From Halomicronema hongdechloris C2206 (GTDB lineage: Bacteria; Cyanobacteriota; Cyanobacteriia; Phormidesmidales; Phormidesmidaceae): a DNA stretch of 32,000 nucleotides. Below the pieces are notes generated by a model that saw nothing but the letters and a program-made list of their open reading frames with translations, had not been told where the DNA came from and searched no databases. Of this stretch, positions 8,029 through 17,334 are shown in pieces. The stretch covers positions 1,590,001-1,622,000 of the forward strand of contig NZ_CP021983.2 of the NCBI RefSeq assembly GCF_002075285.3, given 5' to 3'. The position numbers were made by a program, and so were the translations under genes. Every line of letters starts with the position of its first letter. Within the stretch, counting starts at the first letter, position 1.

Positions 8029-8604
8029 TTATGAGTGCGTAGGCCCACTGACCGGATAGGGGCTGGTCTCAGCCTGGGGGCAATGACGCTGCAGTAACAT
8101 GGGCAACTGGGCTGGAGATACCCGGCTGTGCAAGGTCTTGCCGATGCGCAGATTAGGGCCATGTTTACAGTGCTTTAGGCAACCGGTGCGCTCTAGGGCG
8201 ATGTCGCTACGCTCGGCATCTACCTGCTTGAGCGCCTGCCACAGGGCGTTGCCACCACGCTTACAGCAGCTGCCCTTACCACAGACTTGAATGCGATGGG
8301 CCTGCCGGGGCGAAACCGAGGCGGGCTCAGGGGGCAACTCCAGGGCTGTCTGAGGAGTGAGGGGAATCACCTGGATGGCTTTCAAGCTGTCTTTCTTGCT
8401 GCGCACCCACACTCGCACCGGAGCTCCTAGGGTGAGTTCCCGTGCGATCGCATAGCGTAGGGGCTTGGGCAATTTAACCGCGTAGGTGCCCTGAGGAGTC
8501 TGCAGTCGAATCCCCTTCAACTTGCCGTGATCGGAGCGAATATCGGCGACATAGGTACCCTGCAGAATCCCTTGATGCCGCAGCCTATCAGCATATTGAG
8601 TCAT
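8029..8604 (-). CDS. thioredoxin-like [2Fe-2S] ferredoxin domain protein
   Basis: The C-terminal half has the Cys pattern CGKGSCCKRGG ... TGCLKHCKHGPNL, typical of thioredoxin-like 2Fe-2S ferredoxins. The N-terminal domain is unassigned. Confidence 0.65.
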   Translation of the reverse strand: MTQYADRLRHQGILQGTYVADIRSDHGKLKGIRLQTPQGTYAVKLPKPLRYAIARELTLGAPVRVWVRSKKDSLKAIQVIPLTPQTALELPPEPASVSPRQAHRIQVCGKGSCCKRGGNALWQALKQVDAERSDIALERTGCLKHCKHGPNLRIGKTLHSRVSPAQLPMLLQRHCPQAETSPYPVSGPTHS

Positions 8605-8748
8605 AAATATAGTCCAGTGACGTCTCTCTCAAAAACCGGATATCATAGCCGCTTTGAATGTCTTTAGCATAACCAGGCCCGCCCTCTCTTGCAATCCCTT
8701 CTCATTATAAAGATTCCCGTAACCCAGCGTCCCCAACCTCCCCGTAAA

Positions 8749-9465
8749 CTAGGCTGGCGTCAGAGACTGCCAGAAAATCCCCATGGCTCGGGCTAGGGCA
8801 GCGGCTTCGCTGTACTGAAAGAAATGGCGTCCCTGGGGACATTGCCAAAGCTGATCCCCACGACCGGGATGTAGCCAATGCTGCCACCTCAAAAACTCAT
8901 GGGAGGCAATCACGCCATCGTCCTGGCTCCCACAGGCCAGTAATGGTACAGGAGAATTGCCGGGGGCCAGGTAGGGATGGCAAATGAGCGAATGAGGGGC
9001 GGGAGTACTATCTAAATCCGCCTCGAGACGGCAGACCAACTCTCGCACCATCGATCTGGCCATGGGACCAAATAAATCGTTCACCAGTTTGAGCAAGATG
9101 CGATCGCGGTGGCAGGGTAACAGGCGTCGTTGGGCATAATAGTGAGAATACCAAGTCACCATTGGGTAAGGCCCCACTCCCAGCAGCGTGAGTGAGCGGA
9201 CCCGCTCAGGATAGCGCTGGGCATAAAGGAGCCCTAAGACTCCACTCAGGCCATGGCCCGCTAAATGCACCGGCTGCGCTACAGACTTGAGATGGTCATG
9301 GAGCAGCGTCAACGGAATCTCCAAAAGGGCTGGCTCGTCGGCAGAATGATGATAATCCCATTGAGCTACCGTCCCTCGATAGGATAGCTGCCGTAGCAAC
9401 GGTCGATTCAGAGGACAGAGGCTGGGGCTCAGATTCAGCCACAGGAGATGGGGAATGGCTGGCAT
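8749..9465 (-). CDS. alpha/beta-hydrolase-fold protein (atypical nucleophile elbow)
   Basis: VHLAGHGLSGVLGLLYAQRYPERVRSLTLLGV resembles the beta5 / nucleophile elbow / helix C region of alpha/beta hydrolases. It reads GHGLSG instead of GHSxGG. Confidence 0.6.
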   Translation of the reverse strand: MPAIPHLLWLNLSPSLCPLNRPLLRQLSYRGTVAQWDYHHSADEPALLEIPLTLLHDHLKSVAQPVHLAGHGLSGVLGLLYAQRYPERVRSLTLLGVGPYPMVTWYSHYYAQRRLLPCHRDRILLKLVNDLFGPMARSMVRELVCRLEADLDSTPAPHSLICHPYLAPGNSPVPLLACGSQDDGVIASHEFLRWQHWLHPGRGDQLWQCPQGRHFFQYSEAAALARAMGIFWQSLTPA

Positions 9466-9897
9466 GGGTTAGTTCTCCAAATCACAGTCAGCTAGGGAGA
9501 TCAACGGCGAGACCGATTAATTGAAAATTATTCCTGTTAAATCCTAACCCCTAGAGTAGTATGCCGCCATCTTCTATGCAATCAATTCTCATTAGCTGGA
9601 GGTTCGCTGCGACAATACTCGCTAGGAATGTCGATAGAAAGCAGCACGTTTCTAGTTACAAAAACCAGTTTTCTGGTAACAAATAGTACGTCGATTTAAC
9701 TGTCCATACGGAAGCGTGACCCAGAGATAATTCATCTGTTCAGACAAGATAGGTTTGTGCCCCCGATTTGAATCAGTAGACGCTATGAAAGCTACTTGAG
9801 ATATCCACTAAACTTATAGAATTAACTGTTCATTTAGTCGATCCTTGGGCTTAATAGGTAAGGTGAATACTCTGACACTCCTCTAGCCATCAGGATT

Positions 9898-12800
9898 ATG
9901 GACAGCTATCCTTATCGACAGCCAACAGTCTCCTATCCCCTGTCTCCGAACCAGAAATTACTGTGGTTAGCCTACCAACTGGCCCCTGATAGCCCTGCCT
10001 ATAACATCTACACGACAGCCCTGATTAAAGGAGCCATTGATACGGCACTTTGGCAAGACAGCTGGAAATATGTTGTCAAGACCCATCCGATTCTGCGGGC
10101 AACCTATCGATGGCATCAGGCTGAACCTGAGCAGGTGATCCATGCAGCCACTTCCCCAGACCTCACATTTAAAGTCATTCATGCATCTGAACTAAGTGAG
10201 GAAGAAGTCAGGCAATATATTCTGGCAGAATCCCGAGATCCGTTTCGCCTAGAAACTGGACCAACCCTAAAAGTCTGTCTCTTTCAGCGAGCACCACAGA
10301 TACATATCCAATTAGTCACTATCCATGAAATCTCAGGGGAACTCCGCTCCCTGAGTATCCTACTCAGAAAATTTCTGCAACGTTACTCCAAGGTTCAAGG
10401 ACATGAATTATCTACTCGGGGATTCAAGCTCTCTGAAAGCTCGGCCTTCACTGAGGGGTACTTATCGCACTCAGCCACGACAATCGTTCAGGAACCCTCA
10501 GCTAAGCATTGGCAATACCCAACGTACATTAACTGGCAAGCCGAGCTACTGTCCACTGAAACAGGCATTCAACTGGGAAACTACTGGGAAAACTATTTGG
10601 CCGATTCTCCAGTCAAGTTAGAACTTCCCATTGATTATCCTCGGCCGCTTAGCCCGAGTTATCACGGTGACGTTTATCTCAACCATCTAGAAGCCACTGA
10701 AGTCACCCAGATTAAGGGGTTTAGTAAGGAACACAATGCTAGCTTATTTGTGATTTTACTGGCCAATTTCTATGCTCTGTTAAGTCGAATTTGCCAGCAA
10801 GAAAACCTATCAGTTGGTATCCCACTCATGTCGAGCTGGTTAGATGAAGAACGTTCTAACACTGTCCTTGGCATGTTGGCTAATTTAGTTCTGTGTCGGC
10901 TTAACTTAACTGGGAAACTCTCCTTTCGTGAGATGCTTGAACGAGTAGCTGCTGCCATCGACGAAGTGGCGCAGCATCGAGACTATCCCTTTCTGGACGT
11001 CGCAAACTATTTTAGACATAAGCATAAAGGCATTACCGAGTCGTTGCCAGTGCAGGTCTCATTTAGTTGGGAAGCAGATCCTTACGCTGCTATAGGGGAT
11101 GTAGCCAATAACTTGAGCATTCAGCCCTATCCTATGGGAGAACAAGGAGGGGGGGCATTTGACCTCTACCTCACCGTCATGGAAGTTGAGGATTATCTGC
11201 AGCTATGCTGGAAATATAGCACCGACGTGTTTTCCCGGGAGACGGTTGCTCGCGTTGCCCAACAATTCAAAGCCTTGCTGATGGCTGCTATCGCTGAACC
11301 AGACCGGCCCTTTACCCAACTCAGTCTCTTGTCGAAAGCAGACCAAAGTAGATTATTGACGGCTCAGAGTCAGGCTCACTCCCAACTACCACAACAATGT
11401 ATCCATCAGTTAATTGAGCGGCAAGTTGAGCGTACGCCTGACAACGTCGCCGTTGTCTTCAAGCAAGATCGGCTCACCTATGCTGAGCTGAATCAAGCGG
11501 CCAATCAACTCGCCCATTATTTACAAAGCTTAGGCATTGGCCCCGATACTCTAGTCGGCATTTTCATGCCCCGTTGCCTAGACATGATGATCGGACTGTT
11601 GGGTATTCTCAAGGCTGGAGCCGCCTATGTTCCCATTGATCCAACCTATCCCCAAGAACGCTTAGCGCACATATTTACTGACTGCCAACCATCTACCTTA
11701 CTGGTCCATCAGCAATGCCTTGTCAATGCTCCCGACACGACAGCCCATATCATTGCCTTAGACGCAGAGTGGCCCACAATTGCGAGCCACTCAATCGCCA
11801 ATCCCTTAAGCCAGGTCACTGCTCGAAACTTAGCCTATGTTATCTACACGTCTGGTTCTACAGGCAAGCCGAAGGGAGTCATGATTGAGCATCGATCCCT
11901 AGTCAACTTTGTCCAACAAGCTTGCCAAACCTATGACATTACTTCAGCGGATCGCATCCTACAGTTTTCATCCTTTAGTTTCGATGCAGCTATAGAAGAA
12001 ATTTATACATGCCTGGTCTCGGGAGGAACACTCTTTTTGCGTCCAGAAAATATGATGGACTCTATCCCGACCTTCCTCGAGACCTGTCAAGATTACGAGC
12101 TCACTGTCTTAGATTTACCCACGGCTTACTGGCACCTCTTGGTGGAGGTCTTAGTAGAACAACCCAAGCTATCGTTACCCTCAAGCTTACGGTGCATCAT
12201 TATTGGCGGAGAGCGGGCCAATCCCTACTATGTAAAACAATGGCAGCGCTATCTTGGCATATCCACTGAGCTCATCAATACCTATGGCCCCACAGAGGCG
12301 ACCGTTGTAGCCACAACCTATCAGTTGCCCCATCAGGTGCCTATGGCAACGAACGTGTTAGCCTCGACCGAGATTCCCATTGGTAAAGCCCTAGGTAATA
12401 TCGAGACCTACGTCCTGGATGAGCAGCAGCAATTGGTGCCCTTCGGCCTATCCGGTGAACTATACCTAGGCGGTATTGCCCTGGCCCGGGGATATCTTAA
12501 TGCTCCAGACCTCACCCAGAGAAGTTTTATTCTTAATCCGTTCGGCTCCAGCTCCAATGACCGATTGTATAAGACCGGCGATTTAGTCCGTTATCTCCCG
12601 GATGGGAACTTAGAGTTTTTAGGGCGTGTTGATCAACAGGTTAAAATTCGTGGATTTCGGGTTGATCCGGGAGAAATTGAGTCGGCCATTACAACCTATC
12701 CAGAGGTACGCCAAGCCCTTGTCATTGCCCAATCAGATCACTTAGGCCATCAACAATTAACCGCCTATATCGTATCTAATCTCATCCCCGATCGCATTCC

Positions 12801-14733
12801 CTATCAGACGGAGTGCTGGCTAGACTATGCTGGGAAATCGGCAAAACTAGAAACCGTTGACATCTCTTCATTAGGCATAGGCCTCTCCCAGGCTCCCCCA
12901 GAGTTGTCCCAAGGCGATTCTGTTCGAGTTCGTTTCCCTTTGCCAGGGCGAGATGATGAGCGCTGGTTCAGTGGTCAGGTGATCTGGAATCATGCTTCCC
13001 GAGTGGGTATAGCACTGCATCCGACTACTGCTGATCAAGCCCTGCTGCAAAAAAGTGCTGCTCACCTGCTGGAATCTCAGGGCATACTGCAAGCGCTACA
13101 GCGAACCGTTGCTGGAGCCCTACGCAAGTATTTAAAGCAAAAGCTGCCGGATTATATGATCCCAGCTAGTTTTATTCTGATCAATGCATTACCACTGACT
13201 CCCAACGGTAAAGTCGATAAGCGACAACTACCTCCTCCCTACAGCAGTCAGCTCAAGGTCGATGAACCAGTGCCAGCGTTCCCGCATACACCTACTGAGC
13301 AGTCACTGGCAGAGATTTGGTCTACATTGCTGGGAGTAAAGCAAGTTACGCTAGAAGACAATTTCTTTGAGCTAGGCGGCAACTCGTTATTAGCCATTCA
13401 GTTTGTCAATTGCTTAAGCGAACGGCTGCAGATAGATATTCCAGTTTGGCTCCTGCTCAAGAATCCCACCATTTCCACTTTAGCGAGTGCCATCACCGAG
13501 CAAACTGAAACGAATCATGTTGCCCCAGCAGACGTCCCATATCTGTCGGATTTCGATCTTAAGGCTGAGGCGAATCTCGATCCGAACATTCACTATCCCA
13601 ACCCCATAGACTTTGCCAGGGCGATATCTCCTGCATCCATTCTTCTGACTGGTCCGACCGGATTTGTCGGACCCTATCTGCTGTCAGAACTTCTGATGAT
13701 TACAGACGCCGATATATACTGCCTAGTTCGTCATCGTGCTGGGACTTCATCCAAGCAGCGCCTCGAAGATCACTTAAAATCCCATGGCCTTTGGCATCAG
13801 ACATATCGTCATCGCATCATTCCAGTTGTTGGCGATCTTTCTAAACCATATCTAGGCCTATCAGAACCGCAGTTTGAAGATTTAGCCCAGAGCATCGATG
13901 TTATTTACCATAATGGTGCTTGGGTGAATTTTATGTATCCTTACTCAGCCCTAAAATCAGTTAATGTTCTAGGCACACAAGAAGTGTTGCGATTAGCGGG
14001 ATACACTAAAACGAAACCAGTCCACTTCATTTCCACTCTATCTGTCTTTTCCGATGCTTATGTTGATAGGAGTCCGGTGTTAGAAACGGAGACTCCTCAA
14101 TTTGAGGAAACACTTAAAGCTGGGTATGATCAGACAAAGTGGGTTGCTGAAAATTTGGTCAAAGCAGCGCAGTCTCGAGGTCTACCCATCACCATTCATA
14201 GACTGGGGACGCTTCTCGGGAATAGTCAGACTGGCATCATTAACAAGCCAAATGATTTCTTTGTTAGTTTGGTTAAAGGTTGTCTGCAGCTCGGCAAGGC
14301 GCCCAATCTAGTCAACAATCTCAATCTCACTCCCATAGATTATGTCAGCAAAGCCGTTGTCTCCATCAGTCAAGATCCAAATCACTTGGGTCAAACCTTT
14401 CATATTACCCATCCTCAGGCTATCTCCTGGACGCAATTGATAGATTGCATCCAGGCTAATGGCTATCATTTGGAACTGTGTCCCTATCCTCTATGGCTAT
14501 CACAATTGAAAACTCAAATAGAGGCAGGTTATCCCAATGATTTAGCAACATTTTTATCTACGTTGAGTTCTGAGGATGAGCTGCCATTAGAAAAGGCGGA
14601 GTTTGATAGCCGTTTATCTAAACAAGCTTTATCTAAGCTGTCACTGGTTTGTCCCGAGATTGACAACGATCTGATCGGGAGATACTTGGGCTATCTTGTT
14701 GAAAGCGGTGGACTACAAGTCAAGCCATCTTGA
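9898..14733 (+). CDS. single-module non-ribosomal peptide synthetase, C-A(interrupted)-T-R
   Basis: 1611 aa. The C domain has LSPNQKLLWL and ILRATY. A-domain motifs are LAYVIYTSGSTGKPKGV, FDAAIEE, NTYGPTEATV, GELYLGGIALARGY, YKTGDLVRY, GRVDQQVKIRGFRVDPGEIE, LPDYMIP and PNGKVDK. The carrier domain has FFELGGNSLLA. The terminal reductase has LLTGPTGFVGPYL and YDQTK (YxxxK). Confidence 0.95.
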   Translation: MDSYPYRQPTVSYPLSPNQKLLWLAYQLAPDSPAYNIYTTALIKGAIDTALWQDSWKYVVKTHPILRATYRWHQAEPEQVIHAATSPDLTFKVIHASELSEEEVRQYILAESRDPFRLETGPTLKVCLFQRAPQIHIQLVTIHEISGELRSLSILLRKFLQRYSKVQGHELSTRGFKLSESSAFTEGYLSHSATTIVQEPSAKHWQYPTYINWQAELLSTETGIQLGNYWENYLADSPVKLELPIDYPRPLSPSYHGDVYLNHLEATEVTQIKGFSKEHNASLFVILLANFYALLSRICQQENLSVGIPLMSSWLDEERSNTVLGMLANLVLCRLNLTGKLSFREMLERVAAAIDEVAQHRDYPFLDVANYFRHKHKGITESLPVQVSFSWEADPYAAIGDVANNLSIQPYPMGEQGGGAFDLYLTVMEVEDYLQLCWKYSTDVFSRETVARVAQQFKALLMAAIAEPDRPFTQLSLLSKADQSRLLTAQSQAHSQLPQQCIHQLIERQVERTPDNVAVVFKQDRLTYAELNQAANQLAHYLQSLGIGPDTLVGIFMPRCLDMMIGLLGILKAGAAYVPIDPTYPQERLAHIFTDCQPSTLLVHQQCLVNAPDTTAHIIALDAEWPTIASHSIANPLSQVTARNLAYVIYTSGSTGKPKGVMIEHRSLVNFVQQACQTYDITSADRILQFSSFSFDAAIEEIYTCLVSGGTLFLRPENMMDSIPTFLETCQDYELTVLDLPTAYWHLLVEVLVEQPKLSLPSSLRCIIIGGERANPYYVKQWQRYLGISTELINTYGPTEATVVATTYQLPHQVPMATNVLASTEIPIGKALGNIETYVLDEQQQLVPFGLSGELYLGGIALARGYLNAPDLTQRSFILNPFGSSSNDRLYKTGDLVRYLPDGNLEFLGRVDQQVKIRGFRVDPGEIESAITTYPEVRQALVIAQSDHLGHQQLTAYIVSNLIPDRIPYQTECWLDYAGKSAKLETVDISSLGIGLSQAPPELSQGDSVRVRFPLPGRDDERWFSGQVIWNHASRVGIALHPTTADQALLQKSAAHLLESQGILQALQRTVAGALRKYLKQKLPDYMIPASFILINALPLTPNGKVDKRQLPPPYSSQLKVDEPVPAFPHTPTEQSLAEIWSTLLGVKQVTLEDNFFELGGNSLLAIQFVNCLSERLQIDIPVWLLLKNPTISTLASAITEQTETNHVAPADVPYLSDFDLKAEANLDPNIHYPNPIDFARAISPASILLTGPTGFVGPYLLSELLMITDADIYCLVRHRAGTSSKQRLEDHLKSHGLWHQTYRHRIIPVVGDLSKPYLGLSEPQFEDLAQSIDVIYHNGAWVNFMYPYSALKSVNVLGTQEVLRLAGYTKTKPVHFISTLSVFSDAYVDRSPVLETETPQFEETLKAGYDQTKWVAENLVKAAQSRGLPITIHRLGTLLGNSQTGIINKPNDFFVSLVKGCLQLGKAPNLVNNLNLTPIDYVSKAVVSISQDPNHLGQTFHITHPQAISWTQLIDCIQANGYHLELCPYPLWLSQLKTQIEAGYPNDLATFLSTLSSEDELPLEKAEFDSRLSKQALSKLSLVCPEIDNDLIGRYLGYLVESGGLQVKPS
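9931..11307 (+). other. NRPS condensation (C) domain with degenerate active-site motif
   Basis: Residues ~12-470. The position of HHxxxDG reads IHEISGE (aa 142-148, nt 10321-10341). The second His is kept, while the first His and the Asp are replaced. Confidence 0.75.
11395..13227 (+). other. NRPS adenylation (A) domain
   Basis: Residues ~500-1110 contain motifs A3-A10 as listed for the CDS. The spacing between A8 and A9 is expanded by about 105 aa. Confidence 0.9.
12787..13101 (+). other. PilZ-like insert within the A domain
   Basis: Residues ~964-1068. DISSLG matches the (D/N)xSxxG motif, followed by GDSVRVRFPLPG...FSGQVIWNHASRVGIAL. The RxxxR motif is degenerate (DRIPYQ). Confidence 0.6.
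13288..13497 (+). other. NRPS thiolation (PCP) domain
   Basis: EQSLAEIWSTLLGVKQVTLEDNFFELGGNSLLAIQ. The phosphopantetheine Ser is at aa 1163 (nt 13384-13386). Confidence 0.9.
13633..14697 (+). other. terminal thioester reductase (R, SDR-type) domain
   Basis: Has a TGxxGxxG-type NAD(P)-binding motif (LTGPTGFVG), YHNGAWVN and the catalytic GYDQTKWVAE (YxxxK). Confidence 0.85.
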
Positions 14734-14772
14734 TTACTACTAAAACGAAGCCGACTCTATCCAGATGCACTA

Positions 14773-17334
14773 ATGCTAACTAATTGGTTTCATAGGAAGC
14801 GAAGGGATGGCTCCCTGACCAGGCAAGCTCTGGCTAAAATTGTGCTGGGAGTCACCTTGGTAATTATCGCGTCTACGGCGCTTAGTTATTTATATATATG
14901 GTCTCTTTTAGAAAATCTGACGAAGAAGAAGCTGAACCAATATATTGTTGAGCGAACGAAACGAGAAGAAACTCTGTTCGAACTAGCCCAGGATAATATT
15001 GAGCTGGTTAAGCAGGTTTGTATTCGCCAACTTAATATGACATCAGCAGAAGACTATTCAGAACAGTACAATGAACTATTTGTGGAATACCCAGATGGAG
15101 TAACCCGTAATCGTCCTAAGTATCCCTACGATCAATATGCTGCGCTTTTTCTAGATGATGATACTGAGGTAACCCCAGATGTTCAACGTCGGGCTGTCAT
15201 CACCTTTGATCTTGCCACCCATTATGGTCGAGCCTGGAACAACCGATTTCCGAATCTCTATTTTTTAGCACCGGAAAACTTTTCGATGGGGTATTGGCCA
15301 ACCTTTAATTGGCCAGCGGAAGCGACTCCAGATGTAGATGAAACTGAGGAAGAGTACTTTTATCTATCGACGCCTGCCTATAACCCGCAACGAGAAACAG
15401 TATGGACTGGTGTGTACATTGATCCCGTTGCTAGAGAGTGGCTTGTTTCAGTCATATCGCCCATCTATATTGATGACCAGCATGTCTTAACGGTTGGTCA
15501 GGATGTCCCTCTAGATGACTTGATTTCACGAACTATCAATCAAACCCTGGAAGGCACATATAACATTATCTTTCGTGGTGATGGTCGTTTAATAGCACAC
15601 CCTGACTTTAAGGAGGAAATTATTCAAAGTGAGGGGCAGTTAACCTTATCAGAAGCCGGAGATGAAAACCTAGAAGAAATATTTAGGTTGATCAAGGCTA
15701 AGGATAACTTGCCCTTAGTTATTAATAATAAATCAGGTCACGAGTTCTTAGCTGTAACTAGAATTACTGGGCCAGGCTGGTATTTTGTCACCGTATTCCC
15801 AAAATCTATCTTATCGAAGCAAGCATCTAATATTGCTGCTTTTGTGTTAATACTGGGAATTACAGTATTGGTGTTAGAACTTATTATTCTATTTCGAGTA
15901 CTTAACCGAGATATTGCCTTGCCTCTGAGAAGGTTGATAACAGCCACCTCTCAGATCGCAGCTGATAACCTTGATGTTGACATTGATGATTCAAAGTCTA
16001 ATGAGTTAGGGCGATTGGCAACTTCGTTTAAGGAAATGGCTGAAAAGTTAAAATCTTCCTTTAAGGCACTAGAGGATATTAACTCAGAGCTAGAGGTTCG
16101 AGTCGAAGAGCGAACCAAGGAGTTGCAAACAGCTAAAGAAGAGGCGGATAGCGCTAATCGTGCTAAGAGCAAGTTTATTGCCAATATTAGTCACGAACTA
16201 CGGACTCCCCTAAATGCTATTTTGGGCATGACTGAAGGGTTGCAAGAAAGAGCCTTTGGCGAAGTCGATGAACAACAGCTAGAAGCATTACAAACTATTG
16301 AGAACAGTGGCAATCATCTCTTAGAATTAATTAATGATATTTTAGATATTGCGAAAATTGAATCGGGGCGGATGGAGCTTCGTTACGCGCCGGTATCCAT
16401 CGCTCATCTCTGTCAAGTAAGTGTTGGTTTTGTTAAGCATGCCGTGCTTAAAAAGCACATTCAATTAGAGACCAGGCTTTCCTCTAATTTGCCTGACTTG
16501 TTGGTTGACGAACATCGGATCAGACAGGTCTTGATCAACTTATTGAATAATGCCTTTAAGTTTACCCCTGAAGGTGGCCGCATTACTCTGACAGCTGAAC
16601 ATCTTCAGCAGGAAGTCTTTGACTCAGGTGATATCGATTATTCGAGGGGTCATTTTTTACGAATTTCAGTTATCGATTCAGGTATTGGCATTGCCCCAGA
16701 AGATTTAGGAAAAATATTTCAACCCTTTATCCAAATTGACAGTGCTCTTAATCGTCGATATACAGGCACAGGTTTAGGATTGGCTTTGATTAAGCGTATC
16801 GTTGAGCTTCATGGTGGCAAGGTAGGCGTTACTAGCCAGTTGGGAGTTGGGAGCTGCTTTACCATTGATTTGCCTTGTACTAAGCCAATGATGTCTGCTC
16901 AATCTTATAACTATGTCGATGTTACTGATATTGCCTCTAGTCAATCCTATGAAAATGCCTCTCCTTTGATTTTAATGGTAGAAGATGAGGAGACTAGTAC
17001 AAGTTCTGTCTTAGATTATCTAGAGACTAGAGGCTATCGAGTTGTGGCCACAGGAAACAACTATCAAACCATTGCCGAAATAGCCCGAATTGAAAACCCA
17101 GATCTAGTCTTGATAGACATTCAAGTATTAAGACCAGATAAACTAGAAAGGATCCGTCAACTTCGTTACGAGCTCGACCTAGGTGATATGCCTATTGTTG
17201 TTCTCGCCCCTAAACCTACATCAGAAACTGATGATCGTTACCTCGCTGTAGGGGTCGATGAATATCTGATCAAGCCAGTGAAGATGAAACAGTTGACACT
17301 CATGATTGAACGGCTCCTTGGCCTAAGCGAGTGA
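14773..17334 (+). CDS. hybrid sensor histidine kinase (TM-dCache-TM-HAMP-HisKA-HATPase-REC)
   Basis: Two TM helices (aa ~21-46 and ~355-378) flank a ~300-aa periplasmic domain with the dCache signature [41 protein letters not shown]-box [18 protein letters not shown] (His474). G-boxes DSGIGI and [18 protein letters not shown]. The C-terminal receiver has [16 protein letters not shown] and DEYLIKP. The gene starts 39 nt after the NRPS stop. Confidence 0.9.
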   Translation: MLTNWFHRKRRDGSLTRQALAKIVLGVTLVIIASTALSYLYIWSLLENLTKKKLNQYIVERTKREETLFELAQDNIELVKQVCIRQLNMTSAEDYSEQYNELFVEYPDGVTRNRPKYPYDQYAALFLDDDTEVTPDVQRRAVITFDLATHYGRAWNNRFPNLYFLAPENFSMGYWPTFNWPAEATPDVDETEEEYFYLSTPAYNPQRETVWTGVYIDPVAREWLVSVISPIYIDDQHVLTVGQDVPLDDLISRTINQTLEGTYNIIFRGDGRLIAHPDFKEEIIQSEGQLTLSEAGDENLEEIFRLIKAKDNLPLVINNKSGHEFLAVTRITGPGWYFVTVFPKSILSKQASNIAAFVLILGITVLVLELIILFRVLNRDIALPLRRLITATSQIAADNLDVDIDDSKSNELGRLATSFKEMAEKLKSSFKALEDINSELEVRVEERTKELQTAKEEADSANRAKSKFIANISHELRTPLNAILGMTEGLQERAFGEVDEQQLEALQTIENSGNHLLELINDILDIAKIESGRMELRYAPVSIAHLCQVSVGFVKHAVLKKHIQLETRLSSNLPDLLVDEHRIRQVLINLLNNAFKFTPEGGRITLTAEHLQQEVFDSGDIDYSRGHFLRISVIDSGIGIAPEDLGKIFQPFIQIDSALNRRYTGTGLGLALIKRIVELHGGKVGVTSQLGVGSCFTIDLPCTKPMMSAQSYNYVDVTDIASSQSYENASPLILMVEDEETSTSSVLDYLETRGYRVVATGNNYQTIAEIARIENPDLVLIDIQVLRPDKLERIRQLRYELDLGDMPIVVLAPKPTSETDDRYLAVGVDEYLIKPVKMKQLTLMIERLLGLSE

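Noticed and set aside
9676-9689. GTA-N8-TAC (GTAACAAATAGTAC), matching the NtcA-binding consensus, upstream of the NRPS.
   Set aside because: No TAN3T -10 hexamer lies about 22 nt downstream. The degenerate 6-nt palindromic pattern is also expected several times by chance in 32 kb.
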